A DNA stretch of 64,000 nucleotides from Proteromonas lacertae (lineage: Eukaryota), in NCBI GenBank assembly GCA_002245135.1, contig NGBS01000007.1, positions 62,001 to 126,000 of the forward strand. Reading direction: 5' to 3'. The translations under genes were made by a program, and so were the position numbers. This document shows, one piece after another, positions 53,555 through 64,000 of this stretch (positions are counted from its first letter, which is position 1; the number at the start of each line of letters is the position of its first letter). A model generated the notes under the pieces. The model was not told the DNA's origin, did not search any database, and saw nothing but the letters and a program-made list of their open reading frames with translations.

Positions 53555-54671
53555 TTATACTCTACAATCTTCACAATAATAATCTTCTTCTGGTATTTCA
53601 TCTTAATCCAACACAATGTTGATGAAACCTAAATCCGCAACCATTACAGCAAACCATTTTATCATTTTCTACTTGTGAATATTGACTAAAGCATTTAAAA
53701 CAACCTAGATCTATTCAATATAAATTAGTAATGCTCTAATTGTGATGCATACTGTTTAAATAATAAATACAAGCTTATACATATGCACGAATGAACTGAG
53801 CTTTTTGGTTTTCAGCATTTTCACCTTCACCATTCTTATATATATTGTTATATGCATCATTAAAAGGCTTTAAAGATGATTGATGGATAATTCGACTAAA
53901 GTCAATAACATAGAGTAATACAAAGGATTTTCTCTTTCAAATAATTTTACACAAATTGGATCAGTTAATGTAGTTAATTTTCTCTCATCTTGCAATTCCT
54001 TCGGTAATTCTCTTGCTTGAACAACCAAAATTGGTAATGTCACTTTATCGTTAGTCCACCAAGCAATGCTGTGAACTCTATAATATTACATTATAAAATA
54101 TACGGGAATGAGAGAAAACTTGAGCATGCAGATGTCATTCAATTCAATGAATTTAATATTCTACCATTATTCAGTTTACCACTTATCACAAAAGATTTCT
54201 TTTCAGTTTCTACTGTGGGAATTCCACTTGACAATATTAAAGTAGAATTATTGAATGATAAGATTCGCCAACTATCAACATTTTTATCACATTTATATGA
54301 AGATGAATCTGTTAAACTGTCAATTATACACCATTTGAGTTGCAATATTTGTTTGATAAGTTTCTTCTTCTGAAATACATGTATTTCCATTTAGTGAATC
54401 AAGTGATAGGTCTTTACTCAAAACAGGTTTAATAGTAAATACATCTTCACATATTCTGATATTTGGGGTAATTGATATGATTTGTATAATTACAACATAA
54501 TTTGGACTTTGATTTGATAATCAAATTCATTTTTTACAAACACATACAGAAATTATTTCTAATTTAATATAAATTCATTCATAAAACCATTTTATTAAAT
54601 TATCGGTGGTTATATTCATAAGTGTTATACAATTTATGCTTTTCATTATAAGATATATTCAAACAGAACAT
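53555..54671 (-). pseudogene. Disrupted (or mis-assembled) PWWP-like + PHD finger gene
   Basis: CFKC...MVCCNGCGFRFHQHCVGL[+1]DEIPEEDYYCEDC; HSIAWW...LPILVV; several stops/frame changes upstream. Confidence 0.55.
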
Positions 54672-54683
54672 CACAAAGTATTA

Positions 54684-54704
54684 GCTTGATTACTATCAAG
54701 CCAA
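54684..54704. promoter_or_regulatory. Inverted motif pair GCTTGAT-tact-ATCAAGCCAA in 54-bp bidirectional promoter
   Basis: Between putative ATG 54671(-) and ATG 54726(+). Confidence 0.65.
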
Positions 54705-54725
54705 ATTCAAATTAATTTTTTAAAA

Positions 54726-55532
54726 ATGTCGCAAACTGCTGATGTAGATGATGTAACCGAATATTATAAAATTGTTGACACATGTTTAAAATGCCATGAT
54801 AAAAGGACTAATGAAAAAGAGAGAAATGTAATATTTAACACTAAATCTCTATAGATGGTGAAAAGTTTCATTAATATTATTAGTAAGTCTTTAGTTGAAG
54901 CAGCTGCATTAGAAAAGAAGCAAGGATTGGAGATATCCAGTGGAAGAAATCAGTATATCACTATATATCATACATATAGATGTAAATGAACCGCAAAATG
55001 AAGAATTAGAAAATGAGAAGAATGAACTTACAGAGAACATTAAACAATGTACGGAGGATATTGAAGAGACAATTAGACAAGTATAACTGTTTATATATAA
55101 TATATATTACAGATCAAAGAATCTGATAAAAGATTGAATGGTCTTTTTGATACACTATTACAAGAAAAAGAAATATCAGACAAAGAGAATGAAAAAGAAA
55201 AAAATACAACTTCAAATGAAGATAATAATATAAACTTATTAAAAGAAACAATTAATGAATTTAAGCAGAAAGTTAATGATGAAACAATACTTCAGTTTGA
55301 TTTAAAGAAAGAAAGAGAAGATATTAATGAAGTATAGAAAAATCATTATTTATTGTTTTTAGAGAATTGAAGTTGTTAAAGATGAAATCAAAAAATATGG
55401 CAAAACAAAAAATGGAAATGATGTTGAGGAGGTATTTATTTATATATTATATTTATTGATTAGGAAGGGAAAAAGAAAAGAAAATTACCTACTCCTAGAA
55501 AATCTACACCAAAGAGAAGAACTAGATCTTAA
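54726..55532 (+). CDS. Small coiled-coil protein with basic C-terminus
   Basis: Spliced ORF MSQTADVDDV...TPRKSTPKRRTRS; about 5 introns. Confidence 0.55.
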
Positions 55533-55655
55533 TTGCTGTATAGTTGATAATAATTTTTATTTATAATTACCAATTTTGTGTTTTGTGTTGAGAAAATAGG
55601 ATATTGAAATAAACAAGTTTGATTCTCTGTTTGATACATTTTTTGTTTTTAAAAT

Positions 55656-56205
55656 ATGTCTGGATTACCGAAGCATTGGTCTGCTAAAGAAAGTAAAAGT
55701 CATCCAGGCAAGTTCTATTATTACAACGAGTATAATAATTGAAGTATTATATTCATCTAGTAAAACTGGAGAAACTACTTGGATTAAGCCACAAGGTATA
55801 AAAATCCTGTTATTAATGTAACATAGAAGGAGAAGAAGTAAGATGCCTACACATATTACGAAAACATGTGTATGATGGTTATATTATATTAATATTAGAG
55901 GTTCAAGACGTCCAGCATCATGGAGACAAGAAAAAATAACATGTTCTAAAGAAGAAGCTATAGAGAAAATAAAAGAATTTAGAGAAGAGATAATGAAAGC
56001 TGATGATAAAAGAGCAAAATTTGAAGAAATAGCTAAAAAGGAAAGTGATTGTAGTAGTGCTGGAAGAGGAGGTGATTTAGGTAAATTTGGAAGAGGAAAA
56101 ATGCAAAAACCATTTGAAGAAGCTTCATTTAAGTTGAAAGTCGGTGAAATAAGTGATATTGTAGAATCTGATAGTGGTATTCATATTATAATGAGAATAG
56201 AATAA
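55656..56205 (+). CDS. PIN1: Peptidyl-prolyl isomerase Pin1 (WW + parvulin)
   Basis: LPKHWSAKESKSHPGKFYYYN..TGETTWIKP; HILRKH.GSRRPASW; SDCSSA.RGGDLG.F; SGIHII. Confidence 0.95.
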
Positions 56206-56344
56206 TAAAATAATAAGAATTGAAATAATTGTATGTTTCTGTTTGTTAATCTCTTATAACCAACAATAAAAAATATAAAGTGAAAATCCAATTAATTTAT
56301 CATCTATTTTAAATTACTCACATTTTATTTTATTTTCATATTAA

Positions 56345-57704
56345 TTATGACTCATTTTGTTTTTCCATTACATTAGTTGATTGTTGTAGCTGTGGAGGCG
56401 GTTGTTGTTGAGGCATTGGTGGTTGTGGAATCATACCAGGCATGACAGTCATAGGTATTGGATATAATGCAGTATATAACGCAGGTGGTGGTGGTGGAGG
56501 TATAGTCATCGGTGTATAATTATAATTCCCATTAATAGGCCGAAGTTCAGATTCTCCATGAGCATACTGGCACATATCTCCATGTTGACACTTTTTACCT
56601 GATTGAAAATGTCTGCATAAACGAGTTTTATATGATGGTGATAGTACTGGACCATAAGGATAATTCACTATTAATTATTATTATTAAATATATATATATA
56701 CTTCCTGTAACATGATATATGGGAATATTTGGTGTAATTTGTTGTTTTCTATTATTTTTAGCAACTCTATCTGGCTTTCTAGCATGTGAAACATTTAACT
56801 TTATATTATTACATATTATATTATCTTTATCTAACAATGCTTTCTGTGCATCATCTTCATAATCGAAATTAATAAATGCAAAATCATCACGTTGTGTATT
56901 TGGTAATTCTCTTGCTAAAACTATTTGATTTACTTCACCATACTTTGAAAATATTTCTTTTAAATTATCTGCTGATATTGTACTATTGATTGGAGTTACG
57001 TATAATGCTTTTCTCTATTTAATTATTATTATTATTATATAATTATTAATACATTTATTCCTTCATCTTCATCAAAGTTATTTTGTGTATCTGCCCAGTT
57101 TGCTTGGATTTTATAACCTCCTAATAGAAACTCTTCTTTATTTATTCTATTTAATGCTTTTAAGGCATTTTGATGGTTATCAAAACGGACGAAAAGATAA
57201 CCACGGTTTAGATCTTGATTCTTAGCATCTGGTAATACTATTACCTATAGGAATATGAAGAAATTAACAATACTTTTACTACATTAGCTATGGTGTTTCT
57301 GAATAGTTCATCCACTCGTTTATCTGTCCATGTTTTCTTAATTCCAACGCAGAATAGTGTATTATTTGTCTTGCCTATCCTTAATTCTATATTACTATCT
57401 TTAATTTGTGTGTGTTGCAATAATCGAACTGCTTCTTCTACTTCTTTTTGTGTTTCATACCCTATAAAAGCATATCCTTTACTCACTCCCTGATTTTTAA
57501 TTATTCTATTACCGATTACAGGCCCAATCTTTTCGAAAACTTTTAGCAAATCACTTTCTGTAATATCTTGTCCAAGGCCACCTACAAATACCTCATGTGG
57601 TTCTAAATTGTTACATGCAGAATAAATACTGTGTTTATATCCATAATCTACACCATCACCCTATACATGTTAAAAATATTCACAAATACATCTTCTGAAG
57701 ACAT
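56345..57704 (-). CDS. Three-RRM (hnRNP Q/R-like) RNA-binding protein with C-terminal CCCH finger
   Basis: EVFVGGL, KGYAFIGY, NRGYLFVRF, DFAFINF; YKTRLCRHF..C..GDMCQYAHG. Confidence 0.8.
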
Positions 57705-58377
57705 TTTTGTTAAGAAAGCAAATTTAAAATCTTTTTGTCGTTTCAAGTAGATTTGATTTTCTTTGTTATAAAAAAAGAATAATATTGTAGTTACAGTGTT
57801 GTAATCTTCATGATCAAGATTTCTTTCTCACTGTTACTGGTTAGTATGCATTCTTGCACAAATTGGATTATGAAGCGATCATTTGGTTTGTATTAAATGA
57901 AAAATGAAGATAACAATTACATTGAGCATTAATATACATATATGTGATGTTATATTCTTAAAAAGGCAGTGTAAAAGATTTTGAAGAAAGATTCGAATAT
58001 TTCATCGTCTAGGTGAAGATTATCAATTAATGCGGTGTATACCAAGTAGAAACTACTAGATAACTTCCAGAATACTAACATTGTAGATGATCTAAATTTA
58101 TTTATACATAATATTAACCATATTATGATATGAATAAGTATTTTTAAATGAAATATTTATTTGAAGTATTAAATAATACAAAAGTTCTTTTCTGATCTTT
58201 TTGGATGAATGTTTATATAATAATTTGAGATTAGTTTTTTATTGTATTTATATCAGCTTTATCACTATAATCACATCCTATAACAAATAACAGTTAAAAA
58301 GAAATTTGAAAATAAGTTTGGCTTGGTGATAGTTAGTTTTTTTAAATCAAAATTTTGAAATTCCTACTAGTTATTTG

Positions 58378-60975
58378 ATGTCACAAGAACAAGTAAAAAC
58401 ATACTGCAGATTTGTAGATCCAATAAATGAAGAAGATACAACTTCTGGAACAATTCAATTTAGTGATGTATTATTTTAAGGAATAATATTTTATTAGAAA
58501 GTAGTAACATTTAACGAATTTGGTGATTTTGCATTTGATAAGGTATTTGCACCAGATTATCCTCTAACTGACTTGTATATTCGGTATATCTAATTCTAGA
58601 TATGTTGAATCTATACAACAGAGTATTGTTTCAGCATTAAATGGAGAAAACACCACACTGATATCAGTAGGACCAGATTTAGAAGGATTTTCATATAGGC
58701 TATCAACAGAAGATATTACATCTCCAGATAGACGTGCTTTACTTCCTAGAATTATATCTGATATATTCTTTGAAATTAGAAAACATGCAGAAGAATCTCT
58801 CTATTCGGTACAAGTTTCTATGTATGAAGTATATAAAGAAGAGTTACACGATTTATTAAATCCCCAGCAAAACTCCAAACTGAAGGTATGTGATTGTGGT
58901 GAGAATGGAATACAAATTATGAATCTAACTCATGTTTTCTCTTATAATGAAGATATGTTATTAGGAATAATCACTACAGCATTACAAAGAAGAATGGCAC
59001 CTTTGAATGGAAACTATGCAAGATGTCACACTGTAATTCAACTAGATATAGTGAAACTAAATAAAGAAGAAGTTGAAATATACCTTGGATCTATAAAAAT
59101 CGTCGATTTAGCTTGTATATATATATATTTAATTTCTTAATTTATATTAATACTATAGCTCCACACAATCCACGAAGAGTAGCTGATGCAAGAGACTTAA
59201 AAGAAATTAAATACAACAACAAATCAATGTTTACCTTAGGCAGTGTTATAGAATCCTTAAATGATGGTAAAATCCCACCTTATCGTAATTCACTACTTAC
59301 ATTTGTATTAAAGAACTCATTTGGAGGTAATTGTCACACTACGTTACTATTCAACTGTTCAGCTTCCAAAGAAGATGAAGAAGATACTTTAACAAATTTA
59401 AGATTTTGTGAAAGATGTAAAATGATTACTAATGTAGTAAGAGGATCTCCCTTTATGAATCAAGACAATATGAAGTTCTTAATCAGTACTGCAGATAGTG
59501 AATTAGACAAATGGAGGGCAATATTGAGTAATTTAGATCCAAATATTCAAAACCAACCAATTACCATTGATCAAGCTATTTTATCATCCCATGAATTCTT
59601 ATCTCAGATGGTTGATAAGTTAAAAACAGATTTAAGACAAGCGCAGGAGAATAATAAAGATTTAGAGGAAGAATTAGAAGAGGAGAGAGAAATGAATGAA
59701 GAATTAAAAGATGATATTAGTAGACTACAAGAATCACAGTTTTGGAAAGTGAGAGATTTAATAATGGTAAATCAAGTATAATAATAATAATAATAATATA
59801 TATATATATATATAGAATGATTTATTATCAAGCACAGCCAATCTTTGTACTACAGTAAATGCATTAGATACCTATCTATCAGACTTCTTAGCAACAGCAG
59901 AAAAACGAACAGCTAAAAGTGTAAAAGAATTCCAAAGTGTTGCTGAAGATAAGATTAATTATATCATTACAGAGTTAATGATATTATTTCAAAAGATAGA
60001 ATCACATGATATGAGGTATTGCGAATGTATTTCACGTATTAATAATTATAATGAGATGGGATTTGGAAGTAGTCCGACCTCTCTAGTCCAATGCATAGTC
60101 CTACACATAGAATGAGTAGAATGTCAATGACAAGTGTATAATATTATATTAATATTAATTTTTCATTTTAGTTTACTTCACCTGAAGTTAACAGATTACC
60201 ACAAAATTCAAAGGAACAAGCATTACCTTACAATTCAACAGAAGAAATAGATAAATATCAAATCCAAATACAAGTATTAAAGCAACAAATATCTGCATTA
60301 ACTGATGAACTACATAGTGATGTTACATCTAAAGAACAAAGTGATTTATTAGCAAAACAATTTGTGAATTTGGAGACAAAATGGAAAGATGATGCTGATA
60401 AGATTGTTAAATTATCTGTATATTATAATATTATATGTTAAATAGTTGGAAAATGAAAGATTAAAAGGAAATCAAGCAAGATATGATTGTGATAAACTCA
60501 AAAAAGAAATCAGTCAATTAAATGACCAATTAGCAGAGTTTACTGAAGAAAATAATAGATTGCAAGATGAAATAATCAAAGAAGTCTTAGAAAAACTGGC
60601 AGTAGAAACAGAACTAGAACAAGAAAAAGAGAAATGTCATGAATTAGAGTTTTCTTTAATGGAAAAAGATGCATATATGAAATCAGCAATTCGAGATCAT
60701 CCACCATGTGAACATTTACTATTCCAACCTAAAGATAATAGTAAATATGACAATAATAATGGGTTATTGACAGATACACAACAATCTGATAATAATAATA
60801 ATGAGAATTCATTGAATAGTTCAAATCAAGAAGTTCAATTATATGCTTTAAAGAATAAAGATAATAATAATAAAGAGGTTAGTAATAGGAATTTGGATGA
60901 AAATATTTATTATTTGTGTGATAAATGCCATGAATTATTTTATTTGAAGAATCAATATGGTAAATATATTGTATA

Positions 60976-61018
<43 letters not shown>

Positions 61019-62094
61019 ATATATATATAGAAAGCACTTCATTCATCCATTACATTTACAGTCAATAATCTCAATATCTTAGGAGAATCATTATGTAATC
61101 CACCTTCATCAGTATTAAATGTAAAGAAAGGAAGTGTATATATATTTTATTATTATATTTTATTATATATATTCTAATATTAGATTAATACTAATGTGGT
61201 TCGTGAAGGCTTGAATGATATAAAAAGAGTAATAAAAGAGTTGATGAAGAAATATGATGAATCAGTTCCACAGTTAGATAAACTAATAAATGATATAAAT
61301 AACACAAGAGAATTTTATGTAACTACATTAAATGATAAAATTAGATTTTATGATTCAGAAAAGATACAATTTGTATAATATTATTATTATATATTATTAT
61401 TATATATATATAGGTTGAACAATGTAGATATAAAGTGAATCAAATGTTAGAAACTCATCAAAGTCTAGAAGAGAAATATGAAAAAGAGATAACTGAAGTA
61501 GCACTGTCCAAATTAGAATTAACAATGAAGTTAGTAGAGTTAAGAAAGCAATTCCGTAATAATGTTGATAATGAGTATAAATTAAGGTGTGAAATGATGG
61601 AAAAACAGATTATTAAGTTGTGGAAAGATAAAGATGTACTTGAGAAAGAACTACAAGGAAGTAAGCAGGTCGAAGACTTACTAGCTGTCCTTCAATCCAA
61701 AAATGGAGGTAATTCACCAAAACAATCAGAGAATATTAGTAATAATAAGTTAAATGATGATGTAAGTAATGATAATAAAGAGGATAATGATGTACCAATC
61801 TTGAAAGATCCACCTAATATTAAAAGACAAGAATCGTTGAAAGAAGTGACTACTCCTAGAGAAGATGCAACTATTCCAGAGAGTGATGAGATGGAGGAAG
61901 GATCCAATGATAATAAAACAGAAGAGAGTGTTGAAAATGAGAATGATACTGTAAAGGAAGAAAACAATGAAAATGAAGAAGATAAAAACGAGAATGAAGG
62001 TGGTGAAGATGTAGAAAAAAAAGAAAGTAGTGGTGATAATTTGACAGAAGATCAGACAGATGAAGTTCAAAATGCAGAAAATGATACAGCATAA
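58378..62094 (+). CDS. Kinesin-1-like motor-fold protein with degenerate nucleotide motifs and long coiled coil
   Basis: FAFDKVF, YEVYKEELHDLL, IPPYRNSLLT, SFGGNCHT; P-loop reads GPDLEGFS. Confidence 0.85.
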
Positions 62095-62267
62095 CTACTT
62101 GTAAATCATAATGATGATTATTTGATAAACGTTGAATGTGTCTTTAAAACAAAGAAATTATTCTTTCAAAATTTTGATAAACCGAAAAATTTGTCATTTT
62201 TCTAATTTCAAAACTTCTCGTTTTTCAATCCTTTCTTTCATTCTTTAAAAATCTATTATTTTTTATA

Positions 62268-62792
62268 ATGTCATCAGCTGCTGTTTCAACTAGTCAAGAA
62301 CAAATCAATTCCAATTTAGCAAAAGAAGCAAATGAAATAAAGCAAAAATTACAACAATTCAATGAAAATAAAAAAGGTAAAGTTAATAAAAAGAGTTTAA
62401 ACAGAAAAACAAGCACTTCTTCAAATGAATCCAACTCTCCTTCAAAGTTCACTCCATTTGTGTTAGATAAGTCAAAAATAAAAGCAATGGATGGAAAAGA
62501 ACTTAAGAATATGATTGATGACGATGATGGTAGTGAAAGGCAAACTATGGATGATCTAAGTGTTGAGCCAACTGAAAAGCCAAGCGAAATATTTGATTCT
62601 GAATTGTCAGACGAAGATGCTGAAGTAATTCCAGCTGATTTAAGGAAATCACCTGAAGTAAAACCAGTTTCCGATTTAAAGAAAGAAGCAGGTATTAACC
62701 CATTAATTGAAGATGATCCTACTGAAGATACTACTGAATTAGACATTTTAGATTCAGATGAAGAGAAACCACCAGAAAATGAATCAGCCTAA
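62268..62792 (+). CDS. Hypothetical acidic low-complexity protein
   Basis: Intact 174-aa ORF with host-like composition. Confidence 0.55.
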   Translation: MSSAAVSTSQEQINSNLAKEANEIKQKLQQFNENKKGKVNKKSLNRKTSTSSNESNSPSKFTPFVLDKSKIKAMDGKELKNMIDDDDGSERQTMDDLSVEPTEKPSEIFDSELSDEDAEVIPADLRKSPEVKPVSDLKKEAGINPLIEDDPTEDTTELDILDSDEEKPPENESA

Positions 62793-63037
62793 TTAAGACA
62801 ATAAGTAATTTAAAAATTGGCAAAGTAAATAGATTTAAGACGTAATCTATTTCAATTCTTTTTTTCATTTTGCTTTTTATATGGATGAAAATATATTGTA
62901 CTGATTATTTAAAATCATCTAAAATATACAGAATTGATGTCAAATGTCTATTATTAGATTGATGAAATGAAAAATTTCACAGTTAGAAAAAGTTAGAATT
63001 TTTTTAACTACATTTTTAATTCATTTCCGATAATTAA

Positions 63038-64000
63038 ATGGAGGGATCTATCACGACAATACCATCGTCTCAGCCTATTCTGCATGGAGATGAAAAAATA
63101 GCTGGACCTGATTTAATGTATTTTAAAGTAGTTGTTATATTCTTAGAAAAAAGTCATCACGTCTAAGGTCCTTCTACTCTTCAAAAAAGTACAATAATCT
63201 GAGAGCATCTAATGAAAGTATTGAAAGGTTATCTTCTTTGAATAATGTTTCGACGAAGAAACCAGAATATATTGAAAAGCATATTGATTTAGCAACGAAT
63301 GCCATATCGTCTGCTCTTTGTTCTACCAATGCAAATGTTGTTCAGAAGAGTATCGAAGTATTTAGGAATTTATCAAGTAATTTTTATGTATATTATTCCA
63401 TTATATTTGTCATTAGAATGAATTAAAAGATTCATATTGGCTTTTTTACTATGTAGCAATTAACAATCTTGTTTCACCGAACCAAGTAATATTAGATGAG
63501 TCTTTGCAACTTATTTCCGATATGCATTCGTGTTTTGAACCAGAATATTTCATTGCCACCATAAAAGAGATAATCCCAAATGCTAAGAAAGCATCTCAAA
63601 TAACATCATTTTTGTTCTGTTTATATCAGTTATTACTAGACTGTAGAAAGGAGATAAAATCATACTGTCCAACTTACATTGAATTATTAATGACAATGAA
63701 ACAATGTTATAAACCATTAAGAAAACTTTGTCATTTGGTTGGGCAATTATTGAATGAAGTATTTAGTTCAAGTGAATTGAAAGAATTGATAGAATCCAAT
63801 TTAAACAATGATGAACATAATATTCGAAAATTCTGCAAATTGTATGGTTTACATAAGAAGGATTATTCAGTAAATGAATTTTCATTAAACAAAAGTAATT
63901 ATAAAATCAAAGACATTTATAATGAAGATAATAACAATATAAAAGATATTGATTATAATAGTGAAATTCTACCTTCTTTATTAAAGTCTATTTTGAATAA
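63038..64000 (+). CDS. HEAT/TOG (CLASP-like) repeat protein, runs off the window
   Basis: AISSALCSTNANVVQKSIEVF and following HEAT-like helices; 2 introns. Confidence 0.45.

Noticed and set aside
54139..54620. Several in-frame TGA codons suggesting UGA=Trp reassignment
   Set aside because: TGA ends intact genes here (e.g. PLPBP 44523) and conserved Trp positions use TGG; the locus is simply disrupted
60973..61030. (ATT)n and (AT)n arrays
   Set aside because: Intronic microsatellites; no spacer/repeat structure of a CRISPR array
1..64000. Blastocystis-type poly(A)-created stop codons with a downstream TGTTTGTT motif
   Set aside because: The gene models I followed end in encoded stops, and no consistent TGTTTGTT sits just after gene ends; cannot be fully excluded without transcripts

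Overview
Gene-dense, very AT-rich eukaryotic nuclear DNA with about 39 protein-coding genes. They are split by very short introns (about 21-45 nt, mostly GTAT...TAG) and separated by intergenic gaps of 5 bp to about 1 kb. The short introns, compact layout and Ig-domain surface proteins suggest a Blastocystis/Proteromonas-like opalozoan stramenopile (inference, not proven). Recognisable genes: FYVE protein, Sen34-like tRNA endonuclease, ABCF1, DHX57-like helicase, IMPACT, thioredoxin, ERGIC/Erv46, TSNAXIP1-like, PPAT, RPAIN-like, GT31, PLPBP, PDR-type ABCG, GT8, ELMOD, Pin1, an RRM-CCCH protein, a kinesin and a TOG/HEAT protein. No rRNA, tRNA, CRISPR array or clear transposon was seen. Most notable: (1) a receptor combining a periplasmic-binding-protein ectodomain, a class-C-like 7TM bundle and an RGS domain; (2) a recurrent promoter word, ATCAAGCC/GGCTTGAT, present as inverted pairs in tiny bidirectional promoters; (3) several predicted pseudoenzymes (kinesin, alpha/beta hydrolase, GT8); (4) about ten single-base frame disruptions at homopolymers in otherwise intact genes, most likely consensus errors, though recoding cannot be excluded here; (5) a convergent gene pair sharing a SCHIP1-like coiled coil. 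Gene models were built by eye, so boundaries are approximate.
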